The notes below the pieces were generated by a model, which saw nothing but the letters and a program-made list of their open reading frames with translations, had not been told where the DNA came from and did not search any database. From an uncultured virus (IMG/VR IMGVR_UViG_3300014004_000001) (Duplodnaviria > Heunggongvirae > Uroviricota > Caudoviricetes): a stretch of DNA of 64,000 nt. Shown here in pieces: positions 53,915-64,000 of the stretch. The translations under genes and the position numbers were made by a program. The DNA lies in IMG/VR virus record IMGVR_UViG_3300014004_000001, positions 62,001-126,000 of that record. One strand, 5' to 3'. How positions within the stretch are numbered: position 1 is the first letter of the stretch; each line of letters starts with the position of its first letter.

Positions 53915-56155
53915 GTGATTCGATACGTTACTAAATCAAATGGCAAGACAGAAGAGTTCAATCCTGAAAAACTGCGTAAATGGTCTGAATTTGCAGCAGG
54001 GAAACTGAACTGGTCAGAAATTGAATTAGAAGCTGTGAAACGTTGTTACGATGGTGTGTCTACTCGTGATTTACATAAAGCTATGATCGCTGCATGTATT
54101 GACAAAAAGACTCAAGCGTATAGCGACATGGCAGGTCGATTGCTTCTCGGTATGATTTACAAACAGGCTCACGGGGGATACCACAGTATCCCTTCCCTGT
54201 ACACCTTCTACCAGGATATGGTGAAGCGTGGTCATTGGGCTAAGATGGACTATACCGAAGAAGAAATCAAAGAGATTGGTAAGATTGTCAAGCATAATAA
54301 AAACCTGGGTTACGGTTATTCCGTTCTTCGCCAGATGGCTGACAAATACCTGGTACGTGATGCTGTGAACGATATTGTTCACGAATCACCGCAGTTCCTG
54401 TTTATTGGTGTGGCAATGCGTGTCATGGAGATTCAGCCCAAAGATCGTCGAATCAACGATATCAAGAAGCTGTACACCTACGTAAGTGATCTTCAGATTA
54501 ACTTACCATCTCCTTATCTGACAACATTACGTACTCCGATCAAGGGTAGCGCGTCTTGTTGTTTATTCCGTGCAGATGATACGGCAGAGTCTTTGGCTAT
54601 TGCAAACTATCTGGCACACGAATACACGTTGAATAATGCAGGGATTGGTGTTAACCTCCAGACTCGTGCAACTGGACAAGGTGTTAAGAACAACCGTATC
54701 ATTCACGGTGGTCTTCTCCCTTACCTGAAATGGATGGAAGATAGCGTAGGCGCTTCTAAGCAAGCAAGTCGTGGTGGCAGTGCAACGGTTACATTCACAA
54801 TCTTGGAACCAGATTTTGAAGATCTGATTCGATTGAAGAACCCAACCACTCCGATCGATAAGCGTGTAGATAAGCTTGACTACTCTGTTGTTGTGAACCG
54901 TTCTTTCCTCCGCCGTGCGGCTAAAGGTGAAGAGTGGATGCTGGTAAGCTGTGATGAAGCACCGGAGCTTTACGAAGCACTGTACAAAAGTGAAGAAGAG
55001 TTCGATGCTGTCTACGATAAAGTTAGTCGCCGTCGCATCAAAAAGAAAATTGTTAAGGCTCGTGACCTGTTGACTGAAATCATTGTTCAACGTGCAGAAA
55101 CTGGACGTATTTATATGTTCTTCGCTGACAACGTAAACAATCACACTCCTTTCCTGGACCCTGTGTATCAGTCGAACTTATGTCAGGAGATCTTTTTACC
55201 TACTAAAGCGTTCCATAAAATGACGGATCTCTTTACTGGTGAAAACACAGAAGATCAAGAATTGGCTTTATGCTTCTTGTCTTCTATTGTTGCTGGGCGA
55301 GTTACGCCGGAGCAATACGAAGATGTTGCGTACTACACTGTATTGACGATTGATAACGTTATTGAGACGATGGAATATCCATTCAAACATAACGAGATCA
55401 CAGCTAAGGCTCGCCGCTCTATCGGCGTAGGTATTACAAACCTTGCACATTACTTGGCAAGCAACTTTGTAACCTATTCTGATCCTTATGCGAAGAAGCT
55501 GATGCATGAATTAGCAGAACGTCATTACTTCTGGTTGGCACAAGCCTCTCTGCGCTTGGCGAAAGAGAAAGGTAATGCCGAGTGGATGGATAAAACTAAG
55601 TGGCCTCAAGGTTGGCTCCCTATTGACACCTACGCTAAAGCAGTAGATACTATTGGGGACTTTGAACTGAAGCTGGATTGGGAAGGCTTACGTGCTGGTA
55701 TCATTGAACAAGGTGGTATCCGTAACAGTGTGCTTGCAGCAGTGGCCCCGAACGAATCAAGTAGCTTGGTGAGTAATACGACCAACTCGCTCTACCCTGT
55801 ACGTGACACGATCATGTACAAACAGAGTCAGAAAGGTAACGTACTGTTTATCGTACCAGATTACGAAAAACTGAAAATGTTCTATCAGTCGGCGTGGGAT
55901 ACCCCGTCTAAAGATATTGCCGAGATGTACGGACTCTTCACTAAGTTTACGGATCAGGGTATCTCCTGTGATGCTTGGTTGGATTATTCCAAAATGGCAG
56001 GTGGACGTTTATCAGTGAAAGCCGAGATGCAGTTTATCTTGACATTTGCAAAACTTGGTGGTAAATCTCTTTACTACCTGAACAGCCGAACCAAATCAGC
56101 GGAATCTATGGCCCAAGAAGATTCTGACGGTGGTTGTGAAGCTTGTAAAATGTAG
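53915..56155 (+). CDS. nrdA: Ribonucleotide reductase class Ia, alpha subunit
   Basis: ATP cone, ASCCL, SNLCQEI, LYY, C-terminal CEAC. Confidence 0.95.
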   Translation: MIRYVTKSNGKTEEFNPEKLRKWSEFAAGKLNWSEIELEAVKRCYDGVSTRDLHKAMIAACIDKKTQAYSDMAGRLLLGMIYKQAHGGYHSIPSLYTFYQDMVKRGHWAKMDYTEEEIKEIGKIVKHNKNLGYGYSVLRQMADKYLVRDAVNDIVHESPQFLFIGVAMRVMEIQPKDRRINDIKKLYTYVSDLQINLPSPYLTTLRTPIKGSASCCLFRADDTAESLAIANYLAHEYTLNNAGIGVNLQTRATGQGVKNNRIIHGGLLPYLKWMEDSVGASKQASRGGSATVTFTILEPDFEDLIRLKNPTTPIDKRVDKLDYSVVVNRSFLRRAAKGEEWMLVSCDEAPELYEALYKSEEEFDAVYDKVSRRRIKKKIVKARDLLTEIIVQRAETGRIYMFFADNVNNHTPFLDPVYQSNLCQEIFLPTKAFHKMTDLFTGENTEDQELALCFLSSIVAGRVTPEQYEDVAYYTVLTIDNVIETMEYPFKHNEITAKARRSIGVGITNLAHYLASNFVTYSDPYAKKLMHELAERHYFWLAQASLRLAKEKGNAEWMDKTKWPQGWLPIDTYAKAVDTIGDFELKLDWEGLRAGIIEQGGIRNSVLAAVAPNESSSLVSNTTNSLYPVRDTIMYKQSQKGNVLFIVPDYEKLKMFYQSAWDTPSKDIAEMYGLFTKFTDQGISCDAWLDYSKMAGGRLSVKAEMQFILTFAKLGGKSLYYLNSRTKSAESMAQEDSDGGCEACKM

Positions 56156-56161
56156 CAATAT

Positions 56162-56181
56162 AGGGGCTTCGGCCCCTTTTT
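56162..56181 (+). terminator. Intrinsic terminator
   Basis: AGGGGC-TTCG-GCCCCTTTTT. Confidence 0.85.
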
Positions 56182-56194
56182 ATTGAGGAGGATT

Positions 56195-56533
56195 ATGAGC
56201 ACACTTATAGTTTTACCTGGAGTAACCCCAATCTACCGACCTGGGTTTAAGCCTCTGTTGATTCGCCCTGAAGATTTTACCCCTACTTGGTGTCACCATT
56301 ATCTTGGTGGTCTTGAAATAGCTAACATGCAGATTTGGGAATCTTTTTATCCAGAAGCCACGGCTTACGCAATAACAAGGGCAAGAAGTGAAGAAACAGT
56401 GACTGTTATACTTGGTAGAAGCGTATGGGAAGCACTGGAAGCTTTCTACCGGAGCAATGATTTTGAGGAAGAAGATATTTTAAGCTTAAGAGGTTTTTGT
56501 GAAATAGTGGAGGATTTAAATGGCAGCAATTAA
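56195..56533 (+). CDS. Hypothetical protein between nrdA and nrdB
   Basis: GAGGAGG RBS before the ATG at 56195. Confidence 0.6.
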   Translation: MSTLIVLPGVTPIYRPGFKPLLIRPEDFTPTWCHHYLGGLEIANMQIWESFYPEATAYAITRARSEETVTVILGRSVWEALEAFYRSNDFEEEDILSLRGFCEIVEDLNGSN

Positions 56534-57605
56534 TTTACATAACGAGACTTACAAAACAGGTAAATATCCGGTTTTCATGGGGGAACAGTTGGGGATTTTT
56601 GATTCTATCAACGTGACTTACCCTGAAATGCACCGTCTGTATAAACTCCAGAAAGCCCAAGATTGGGATGAGAATGAAGTGGATCTTAGTCAGACCCGTA
56701 AAGACTTTGTAGCGTGTTCAAAAAACAACTACGATGTTATGATCAAGAACTTGTCGTTCCAGTGGGAGAATGATTCCCTGGCAAAATCAATCATCACTTT
56801 GTTCTCTCCGTTTTTGAGCAACAATGAAGCTTGCGCTATGATGATGAAGCAGAGTGAAATGGAAGTGCTTCATGCTCTAACTTACTCGGAGATTGTTCGC
56901 CAGTGTACTCCAAACCCTGTAGAAGTTATTGATCAGATTATGGAGAATGATAAGATCTTCAACCGTATGGGTATCATTGCAGAGATCATGGGAGAGTTGG
57001 AAGAAGCAGGTCACAAATATGCACTTGGTCTGATTGAAGCTGATGATAAACTACGTTTGCTGGTCATGAAAGGTCTGGTAGCCCTGATTGGTCTGGAAGG
57101 TATCCAGTTTATCTCTTCTTTCTCGGCAACGTTCGCCTTGGCAGAACAGCAACTGTTTGTAGGTGCTTGTAAACTGATTCAGAAAATCATGTTGGATGAA
57201 ATCCTGCATGTTAAAATGGACTATGCTGTCATTGATGCTCTGATGCAAGATCCTGTGTGGAAGAAGATCTACGAAGATAACATCGAAGAACTTACAACTA
57301 TTCTGGATACAGTTATCGCTCAAGAAGAGCAGTGGTGTGATTATCTGTTTAGTGAAGGACGTTTTATCGTTGGGCTGAATGCTGAACTATCCCGTCAATG
57401 GGTGTACTTCAATGCGGCTCCAATTTATCGTCGTCTGAAGATGAAGCACAGCTTTAAATCTCCTAAACAGAACCCACTGCCTTGGATGGACATTTGGTTA
57501 AACCCAGATCAGATTCAAGCAGCGGCGCAAGAGATCCAGGTTACAGCTTATAAACTGAACTCGGCTAACAAAGATGTTTCTGATGATATGGAGTTTGACT
57601 TCTAA
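56520..57605 (+). CDS. nrdB: Ribonucleotide reductase class Ia, beta subunit
   Basis: Di-iron ligands and radical Tyr (EVLHALTY, LEGIQF, DEILH). Confidence 0.95.
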   Translation: MAAINLHNETYKTGKYPVFMGEQLGIFDSINVTYPEMHRLYKLQKAQDWDENEVDLSQTRKDFVACSKNNYDVMIKNLSFQWENDSLAKSIITLFSPFLSNNEACAMMMKQSEMEVLHALTYSEIVRQCTPNPVEVIDQIMENDKIFNRMGIIAEIMGELEEAGHKYALGLIEADDKLRLLVMKGLVALIGLEGIQFISSFSATFALAEQQLFVGACKLIQKIMLDEILHVKMDYAVIDALMQDPVWKKIYEDNIEELTTILDTVIAQEEQWCDYLFSEGRFIVGLNAELSRQWVYFNAAPIYRRLKMKHSFKSPKQNPLPWMDIWLNPDQIQAAAQEIQVTAYKLNSANKDVSDDMEFDF

Positions 57606-57823
57606 TGAAACTTAAATGTGTAGGATTGATCGACACATTCAAAGACGTATTTGACAAAGGGGCTTCCTATGAAGCCTCGGAGTTAAAGAACGGTTTTTGT
57701 GATGTGCATGGTAAACGTCTTAAGAAAAACGGAGAACCCTGGCTTGGTGTTATGTCTTGTGGTCATATTGTGGTTAACGGTGTTGCAAAGTTTGAAATCG
57801 TAAAGGAGGAAGATAATGAGTGA
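57605..57823 (+). CDS. Hypothetical protein
   Basis: TAATG coupling; MKLKCV...FDKGASYE. Confidence 0.6.
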   Translation: MKLKCVGLIDTFKDVFDKGASYEASELKNGFCDVHGKRLKKNGEPWLGVMSCGHIVVNGVAKFEIVKEEDNE

Positions 57824-57959
57824 GTTTCGTTTTTGCCCTATTTGTGGTGGTACAGGTAATGCCTTAATTAGTGCGGAGCAGTACAGCCCGTGTTGGCATT
57901 GTTCTGGTAGTGGTTTGGTAGTTGAAGAAAACAAAGAGGAGGAAAAAGATGGGGATTGA
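57816..57959 (+). CDS. Small DnaJ-type zinc-finger protein (47 aa)
   Basis: CPICGGTG and CWHCSGSG; AGGAGG RBS; not in ORF track. Confidence 0.7.
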   Translation: MSEFRFCPICGGTGNALISAEQYSPCWHCSGSGLVVEENKEEEKDGD

Positions 57960-58275
57960 TATCGAGTGGAAGATGGTGCAAGGCGCACCATATAAGAAAT
58001 GGGAAGAAATGTTTAAAGGCGATCCGCAAATTGAAGATCAATTCGATGGGGATTTCAACTGGTTTCTTTACGAAGGTATTGGACTGGTAAGCGTATCCCC
58101 GTGGTATGATGCAGATCCTGAAGATTGTGTCTTTGGTATTGAACTTGCGTCAGGATGCAGCGCACGGGCAATAGACCTCACAAGCTTGGATAAAAAAGCA
58201 AACGAGATCTATTTTGAACTGCTTAATAAGTATAACATTGAAACTGAAACGTTAGTATCACAAAACGTCTGGTAA
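57949..58275 (+). CDS. Hypothetical protein
   Basis: GAGGAGG RBS before the ATG at 57949; SPWYDA motif. Confidence 0.65.
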   Translation: MGIDIEWKMVQGAPYKKWEEMFKGDPQIEDQFDGDFNWFLYEGIGLVSVSPWYDADPEDCVFGIELASGCSARAIDLTSLDKKANEIYFELLNKYNIETETLVSQNVW

Positions 58276-58284
58276 GGAGATTAA

Positions 58285-58482
58285 ATGAAAGACCAAATGA
58301 TTAATGGACCTCGTGTAACAGTTAGTCCTAAAACTTTTGCATCTCTTCTGGACGACACTGGTGAGGTTTATACTTACACAAGAGATTCACTGCCTCTGCC
58401 TGAAAGTGCACAGGGTTCACGTTCGCTTTTTTATAAAGGTGTTCTTTTTACGGAAGCAAAAGAAGACAAGGGGACTAAATGA
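58285..58482 (+). CDS. Hypothetical protein
   Basis: AAGGAG RBS. Confidence 0.6.
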   Translation: MKDQMINGPRVTVSPKTFASLLDDTGEVYTYTRDSLPLPESAQGSRSLFYKGVLFTEAKEDKGTK

Positions 58483-59471
58483 GATACCTGGTAACAGGTG
58501 GTCTTGGTTTCATTGGGAGCGCCGTAGTGCGCTCTCTTTGTCAAGATCCTAAAAATGAAGTTTTTGTTATTGATAAAATGGGCTATGCTGCTGACATTGA
58601 AAATGTCGGAGATATTACTCATGCGAAACTAAGCATGACAGATCTGGTCGATGAAGCACAAGTTAAAAACTTGGTTGTTGAGTGTAACCCTGATTTCATC
58701 ATTCATTTGGCAGCAGAGAGTCATGTAGACAATTCGATCAAGAATCCACGAGCTTTTATCGACTCTAACATCATCGGTACATATAATCTGTTAGAAGCTG
58801 CAAGGCTTCTTCCTAAGAACAAGCTGAAGATGTTTGTACACGTCTCTACAGACGAAGTGTACGGCGATATGGAGGACTCTGGTGCTCCCTTTACCGAAGA
58901 GACAGCTTATGCTCCTTCAAGCCCATATAGCGCGTCTAAGGCAGCATCTGATCACCTTGTCAAAGCTTGGCACCGTACTTACGATTTGCCTGTAGTGATA
59001 ACCAACTGTTCCAATAACTTTGGGCCTTACCAACACCCTGAAAAATTGATTCCGAAAGTGATCACGAACATCTTGACAAGCAAAGAAATTCCAGTGTACG
59101 GTAAAGGCGATCAAGTAAGAGATTGGCTTTTTGTTGAGGACCATGCGCGAGCTATTCTTCAAGTAGCTTCTGGCGGCGAACCTGGACAAACTTACAACGT
59201 AGGTACACGTAATCCTAAAACCAATATGGAGATCATCTATATGATCTGCGATTACATGGATGCCGTACACCCACAAAGTGGAACCTATCCCTCTTCAAGT
59301 TTAATAACTTTTGTTGAAGATCGTAAAGGACATGACTTGCATTATGAAATCAACCCTGCTAAGATTGAATCTGAACTGGGTTGGAGTGCAAACTCCACAT
59401 TTGAACAAGACCTTTACTCTACGATAGAGTGGTATTTAAACAACCCTCAATGGTGGAGAGAAAAGATTTAA
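58479..59471 (+). CDS. rmlB: dTDP-glucose 4,6-dehydratase
   Basis: [29 protein letters not shown]. Confidence 0.95.
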   Translation: MRYLVTGGLGFIGSAVVRSLCQDPKNEVFVIDKMGYAADIENVGDITHAKLSMTDLVDEAQVKNLVVECNPDFIIHLAAESHVDNSIKNPRAFIDSNIIGTYNLLEAARLLPKNKLKMFVHVSTDEVYGDMEDSGAPFTEETAYAPSSPYSASKAASDHLVKAWHRTYDLPVVITNCSNNFGPYQHPEKLIPKVITNILTSKEIPVYGKGDQVRDWLFVEDHARAILQVASGGEPGQTYNVGTRNPKTNMEIIYMICDYMDAVHPQSGTYPSSSLITFVEDRKGHDLHYEINPAKIESELGWSANSTFEQDLYSTIEWYLNNPQWWREKI

Positions 59472-59479
59472 GGAGGGTT

Positions 59480-60358
59480 ATGAAAGGTATTATTTTGGCG
59501 GGAGGAAGTGGAACCCGCCTACATCCTGTAACACGCAGTGTGAGCAAGCAATTGCTCCCTGTGTATGACAAACCTATGATTTATTATCCTTTATCAGTCT
59601 TGATGTTGGCAGATATTAAGGATATCTTAATCATCACAACCCCAGGCGATCAGGAAGATTTTGAATATCTTCTTGGAGATGGATCTATGTTTGGGATAAA
59701 GATCACTTACGCAATGCAGTCTGAACCACGAGGTCTTGCAGATGCTTTCATCATTGGTAAAGATTTTATTGGGGAAGATTCTGTTGCCCTTATTTTAGGG
59801 GATAACTTGTTCTTCGGACAAAGTTTCGGAAAACTTCTTATCCAAGCCAGCGAGATGGTGGATGTTTGGGGTGGAGCTTGTATCTTCGGGTATCTGGTGA
59901 AAGATCCTGAACGATTCGGTGTTGTTGAGTTCGGGAGTAATCGTCAAGCTATCTCTATTGAAGAGAAACCGGAACATCCTAAATCAGACTATGCCGTCAC
60001 GGGTTTGTATTTCTATGACAACTCTGTTGTTCAACGTGCATTGGAAGTAACTCCTTCCGATCGTGGAGAACTGGAGATCACAGATATCAATCGCAGCTAC
60101 CTCGAAGACAGAAAGTTACAAGTTGAAGTTCTTGGAAGAGGATTCACTTGGCTGGATACAGGGACACACGCCAGTCTAATGGAAGCAGGTCAATTCGTGC
60201 AGACTATTGAGAACTGCCAAGGATTGAAGATTGCGTGCCTGGAAGAGATTGCTTTCAAAAAAGGGTGGATTTCTTTAGAAACTTTGGTGTATCATGGAAA
60301 CTCACTGAAGAAAACAGAGTATGGTCAATACCTGCTCAAATTAGCGGAGGGGAAATGA
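59480..60358 (+). CDS. rmlA: Glucose-1-phosphate thymidylyltransferase
   Basis: [39 protein letters not shown]; start at 59480. Confidence 0.95.
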   Translation: MKGIILAGGSGTRLHPVTRSVSKQLLPVYDKPMIYYPLSVLMLADIKDILIITTPGDQEDFEYLLGDGSMFGIKITYAMQSEPRGLADAFIIGKDFIGEDSVALILGDNLFFGQSFGKLLIQASEMVDVWGGACIFGYLVKDPERFGVVEFGSNRQAISIEEKPEHPKSDYAVTGLYFYDNSVVQRALEVTPSDRGELEITDINRSYLEDRKLQVEVLGRGFTWLDTGTHASLMEAGQFVQTIENCQGLKIACLEEIAFKKGWISLETLVYHGNSLKKTEYGQYLLKLAEGK

Positions 60359-60912
60359 AAATACAAGAATTAAGTATTCCTGGTTTGGTTGTCTTTAAAC
60401 CTCAAGTTTACAAAGATGATCGTGGTTTCTTCACGGAGACGTTTAACGAGAAGATTTACGAAGAGGTTATTGGCAAACAAACGTTTGTTCAGGATAACCA
60501 TTCATTCTCTACTTTAGGTGTTCTTCGTGGAATGCACTTTCAAGTAAATAACCCGCAAGGTAAGCTTGTACGTTGCACACGAGGTGAAGTTTTTGACGTG
60601 GCTGTAGATCTTCGTGAAGGTAGTCCAACCTTCGGACAATGGGATGGTGTGGTTCTTAGTGGGCGTAACAATAAACAGTTTTGGATTCCACCTGGCTTTG
60701 CACATGGTTTTGTTGTAACCTCTTATGAAGCCAACTTTGAATACAAGTGCACCAACTACTACGATCCGGCATCTGAACGTAGTTTGTTGTGGAACGATCC
60801 TACTGTGAATATTGATTGGGGTTTGGATATGATTTTCAATGAGGACTTTGTACCTATCATTTCGGAAAAGGATGCACAAGCTAAAACACTGAAGGAGCTT
60901 ATGGAATCATGA
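60355..60912 (+). CDS. rmlC: dTDP-4-dehydrorhamnose 3,5-epimerase
   Basis: [27 protein letters not shown]; start at 60355. Confidence 0.95.
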   Translation: MKIQELSIPGLVVFKPQVYKDDRGFFTETFNEKIYEEVIGKQTFVQDNHSFSTLGVLRGMHFQVNNPQGKLVRCTRGEVFDVAVDLREGSPTFGQWDGVVLSGRNNKQFWIPPGFAHGFVVTSYEANFEYKCTNYYDPASERSLLWNDPTVNIDWGLDMIFNEDFVPIISEKDAQAKTLKELMES

Positions 60913-61757
60913 AAACATATTTAGTATTGGGTGGGAATGGTCAATTAGGACAGGCACTGCGTAAAGTGGTGCCGGAGAATGTAACTTTGGTGTATCCAGA
61001 AGAGCGTGTAGATATCACCAGTTTTGAAGCTGTGCGGAAAGCGATCATGGAAACCCCAAATATTAACGGTGTTATCAACTGTGCGGCATACACTGCTGTG
61101 GACAAAGCCGAGACAGATGTTGATGCAGCTATGGCTGTAAACTTACATGGGGCAGCTAATATTGCAGCCTTCTGTAAGGCTTGGGATATCGATATGGTCC
61201 ATATTTCTACTGATTATGTGTTCAACAGCGATAAACCGTTGTTCCATCAGGATGAACCCAACCCTATTAATGTTTACGGGTTATCTAAAAGCCTGGGTGA
61301 AGCTGCTGTTCACGGCATCTATCCTAAAGCTTTCATCATTCGCACGGCTTCTGTGTACAGTGAGTTTGGTAACAACTTCCTGAAAACAATGGTGTCCCGT
61401 TATAACGATGGACAGCGAGACTTTTCGGTTGTTGCAGATCAAACATCTCGACCGACTTACGCACCAGATTTGGCTAAAATGATTTTCGAAGTATTGGGTA
61501 CAGGGTATAAAATGCATACACGTATTTTGCATTACTCTGGCAACATCACGGTTTCATGGTATCAGTTCGCAAAAATGATATTGACACGTATGCCTGAATC
61601 TGTTATCATACACCCGACCTCTGCTGCAAGCTATAACGCGGCAGCTATGCGTCCGGCAAAATCTATACTAATTACGTCTGGTTGGAATGAACCTTCAAGT
61701 GTCGGGCAAGGTATTGAAGAATCTTTAGCTGTATTACTTAATAAGGAGAGAGAATGA
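60909..61757 (+). CDS. rmlD: dTDP-4-dehydrorhamnose reductase
   Basis: GGNGQLG, AAYTAVDKAE, STDYVF, YGLSK. Confidence 0.93.
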   Translation: MKTYLVLGGNGQLGQALRKVVPENVTLVYPEERVDITSFEAVRKAIMETPNINGVINCAAYTAVDKAETDVDAAMAVNLHGAANIAAFCKAWDIDMVHISTDYVFNSDKPLFHQDEPNPINVYGLSKSLGEAAVHGIYPKAFIIRTASVYSEFGNNFLKTMVSRYNDGQRDFSVVADQTSRPTYAPDLAKMIFEVLGTGYKMHTRILHYSGNITVSWYQFAKMILTRMPESVIIHPTSAASYNAAAMRPAKSILITSGWNEPSSVGQGIEESLAVLLNKERE

Positions 61758-62014
61758 ATTTTGTAATTTATGGCAAACCAAATTGCCAATTCTGTGAAAT
61801 GTCTAAACAACTTTTATCTATGCGTGAAAAAGAGTTCGAATATTTGACATTAGATCAGGACTATGATTTTGAAGTGATGACTCAAGCAGTGATCGCAGCA
61901 ACAGGAATTGCACCTCGCACTTTCCCACAGATTTTTGTGGAAGAGCTTGGAGCAGTAACCCACGTAGGTGGTTTTACCGAACTACGTGATTTCATGGCTC
62001 AACTTGCGGAGTAA
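61754..62014 (+). CDS. Glutaredoxin
   Basis: CQFC, TFPQIF, VGGFTEL. Confidence 0.9.
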   Translation: MNFVIYGKPNCQFCEMSKQLLSMREKEFEYLTLDQDYDFEVMTQAVIAATGIAPRTFPQIFVEELGAVTHVGGFTELRDFMAQLAE

Positions 62015-62019
62015 TATAA

Positions 62020-62169
62020 ATGAAAAGTAAACAGAAACGTAAGATCTTTTCTCGTGCTTTAGCAAACGAGCTTAAGTCCAACACAAAGAAGACGAAACCG
62101 AAACGTGAGACTTCTCCTGAACATTTACTGTTTGACGAACTGGATCACGGAGTAGAAGACGACGAATAA
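62020..62169 (+). CDS. Small basic/acidic protein (49 aa)
   Basis: GGAG RBS; fills the gap; not in ORF track. Confidence 0.55.
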   Translation: MKSKQKRKIFSRALANELKSNTKKTKPKRETSPEHLLFDELDHGVEDDE

Positions 62170-62177
62170 AGGAAAAC

Positions 62178-62681
62178 ATGGCTAAAAAAGTAGTAGATGA
62201 GTTTGACATGTTGGCTCTTGATGAAGGACTGAAGCTGACTGTTTACCCAGACACCTTGGGATACTGGACAGTCGGCATCGGACACCTTTTGACTAAAAAG
62301 AAAGATAAGGCGGAAGCTATTCGTATTCTGGATGCTCTGGTTGGTCGCAAGACTAACGGAGTTATCACAGAGAAAGAAGCCCGTGCTATTTTTGCTGACG
62401 ATGTTGAAAAGGCGAAAAAACAGATTAAAAATAGTTCCATTCTTGCCCCAATCTATGATAAGGTAAGTGAAACTCGTAAACTGGCAATCATCAATATGGT
62501 GTTCCAGTTAGGGTTAACCGGAACGGAAGGCTTTAAAAATAGCTTGACTTTAATCAGTAATTCGTACTATACTCAAGCTGGTAAAAACATGAGAGCCAGT
62601 AAATGGTACTCTCAAACGCCAAACCGTGCAGAACGAGTAATCAAGGTTCTAACATCTGGAACTCTTGATTCTTACAACTAA
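62178..62681 (+). CDS. Endolysin, T4-type lysozyme (GH24)
   Basis: DEGLKLTVYPDTLGYWTVGIG (E-D-T triad), NMVFQLG, SKWYSQTPNRA. Confidence 0.93.
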   Translation: MAKKVVDEFDMLALDEGLKLTVYPDTLGYWTVGIGHLLTKKKDKAEAIRILDALVGRKTNGVITEKEARAIFADDVEKAKKQIKNSSILAPIYDKVSETRKLAIINMVFQLGLTGTEGFKNSLTLISNSYYTQAGKNMRASKWYSQTPNRAERVIKVLTSGTLDSYN

Positions 62682-62683
62682 CA

Positions 62684-62703
62684 AAGGGGCGCAAGCCCCT
62701 TCT
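62684..62703 (+). terminator. Hairpin/terminator
   Basis: AAGGGGC-GCAA-GCCCCTT + CT. Confidence 0.6.
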
Positions 62704-62718
62704 ATAAGGAGTGCTACT

Positions 62719-63474
62719 ATGGGAAAAACAGCTACCGCTAAATCACCGCGCCAGAAGTTAGCTTCTAATGCGAAAGTAGAAAGTCGTTATGCTGCAAAAG
62801 CAGTTGGAAATGATGACTATCGTTTAGATGGGTTTTCACCAGAAGGAGATCAGCAGCAAATCGTTCAAAGTATGATCTGGAATGATCTTACAGTCGTAAA
62901 TGCTCCAGCAGGTACAGGCAAGACTTCCGTGACTTTATGGAAAGCTTTGCAGATGCTTCGAGCAGGAGATTTCCGTAAGCTTCTTTTTATTAAAAACCCG
63001 ACCGAAGTGGGTGATGATCAGATTGGTTTCCTTTCTGGGGACAAGACTGATAAGCTGGCAGCGCACTACGAGTCCACCAAACGAATCTTCCAGCAGTTCA
63101 TGACTGCAAACAAACTGGAAAACGATATTGGTGCAGGGAAGATCGAACTCAACATCCCGAACTATTTGCTGGGTGCCACCCTGGACAATACGATCGTGAT
63201 TATTGATGAAGCACAGCTTATGTCTCCAGAAACATTAAAACTTCTGGTAGAGCGTGCAGGGATCAACACTCATGTTGTTGTTCTTGGAGATGTTCGTCAA
63301 ACCTACGCTATAAAAAAGCGTGCAAACGGTTTGAAAGATCTTCTTGACAAAGTTGCTCCTGAAGGTGAAGATGGTATTCGTGTCCCTCTGGTAGACTTTA
63401 TCGGTTATGTGCAGTTAACCACAGATGACAACAAACGCTCTCGTTTGTCTAAATTCATCACAGAAATTTATTAA
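62719..63474 (+). CDS. phoH: PhoH-like ATPase
   Basis: APAGTGKT, IGFLSG, IIDEAQ, LGDVRQ; start at 62719. Confidence 0.88.
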   Translation: MGKTATAKSPRQKLASNAKVESRYAAKAVGNDDYRLDGFSPEGDQQQIVQSMIWNDLTVVNAPAGTGKTSVTLWKALQMLRAGDFRKLLFIKNPTEVGDDQIGFLSGDKTDKLAAHYESTKRIFQQFMTANKLENDIGAGKIELNIPNYLLGATLDNTIVIIDEAQLMSPETLKLLVERAGINTHVVVLGDVRQTYAIKKRANGLKDLLDKVAPEGEDGIRVPLVDFIGYVQLTTDDNKRSRLSKFITEIY

Positions 63475-63512
63475 TAACAAAAAGCAAGGATGCTTTCTTA
63501 AAGGGAGGGTCG

Positions 63513-64000
63513 ATGGTACAGACAATTATAGATCGGACTGGTATTGATGAGTGTTACCAAACTGGGCTTGTGAAGCCTAATGAGTTCCGACAGATTTGCG
63601 TTAATCATATTGAGAAAGAAATTGCACTAACTTTAGAGAACCTTACCCTCCGAGACAAGCTGTCAATGTTTGTGGCTTGGTGTAAAGGTGAAGATTGGTT
63701 ATTGACCTATTTTCAAGAACTTTCTGATAGTCAAGAAGGCTTGTATGAATGTATAATAGGAATAGCTGGCTCCAATCCTGAACTTCTCCATTTGGAAGAA
63801 GAAGAAGCGAAGTTACTGTTCTTAAGCAATATGTTCAACCGTAAAGCGTTGCTTGTTCGCGAGTGTAGTGATCTTTTGAATCACCCACTGGCAATCACAA
63901 ACGAAATACTGGTTGACAAAGAGACACTACGTGCGATAGACTATCTGCGCAAGTATGTCAACGGCGGGAAAGCAGTTCTTAAAACATTAACAGAGGAGGA
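63513..64000 (+). CDS. Hypothetical protein (runs off the window)
   Basis: GGAGG RBS; open frame to the window end; not in ORF track. Confidence 0.6.
   Translation, partial: MVQTIIDRTGIDECYQTGLVKPNEFRQICVNHIEKEIALTLENLTLRDKLSMFVAWCKGEDWLLTYFQELSDSQEGLYECIIGIAGSNPELLHLEEEEAKLLFLSNMFNRKALLVRECSDLLNHPLAITNEILVDKETLRAIDYLRKYVNGGKAVLKTLTEE

Noticed and set aside
52141..57605. Introns or inteins in thyX, nrdA or nrdB; homing endonuclease between nrdA and nrdB
   Set aside because: The genes are uninterrupted and of normal length; the 56195-56533 ORF has no HNH, GIY-YIG or LAGLIDADG motif.
43848..62718. N-terminal extensions in the ORF track for ligase, DnaQ-like nuclease, RmlA, RmlC and PhoH
   Set aside because: They overlap upstream genes or terminators; downstream starts have strong SD sequences or translational coupling and match family N-termini.

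Overview
A 64-kb segment of a large lytic myovirus of Enterobacterales. Gene content and order suggest a phi92/phAPEC8-like (Stephanstirmvirinae/rV5-related) phage; this is inference, as no database search was run. The left arm (1-38.3 kb, minus strand) encodes the virion: RCC1-repeat protein, collagen-like fibre, WcaM-like colanic-acid depolymerase, short tail fibre and chaperone, baseplate, two large glycan-active candidates, tape measure, a frameshifted chaperone pair, tube, sheath, neck, capsid, portal, intein-containing TerL, spanins and a TerS candidate. A 2.4-kb RNA cluster (35.1-37.5 kb) holds 11 tRNAs, 2 anticodon-less tRNA-like genes and about 8 structured non-coding inserts. An AT-rich, GATC-rich divergent region (38.3-38.65 kb) looks like a replication origin. 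The right arm (plus strand) encodes many small hypothetical proteins, a phosphoesterase, DNA ligase, MazG-like enzyme, RdgC, nucleases, ThyX, NrdAB, a complete rmlBACD dTDP-rhamnose pathway, glutaredoxin, T4-type lysozyme and PhoH. The most interesting signal is in the tRNA spacers: a solitary ToxI-like (type III antitoxin) pseudoknot with compensatory changes, further H-type pseudoknots, a type I-E CRISPR-repeat-like hairpin, an anti-Shine-Dalgarno loop RNA and a kissing-loop RNA. Together they suggest a tRNA-processed panel of decoy/counter-defence RNAs. All RNA folds were derived by eye.
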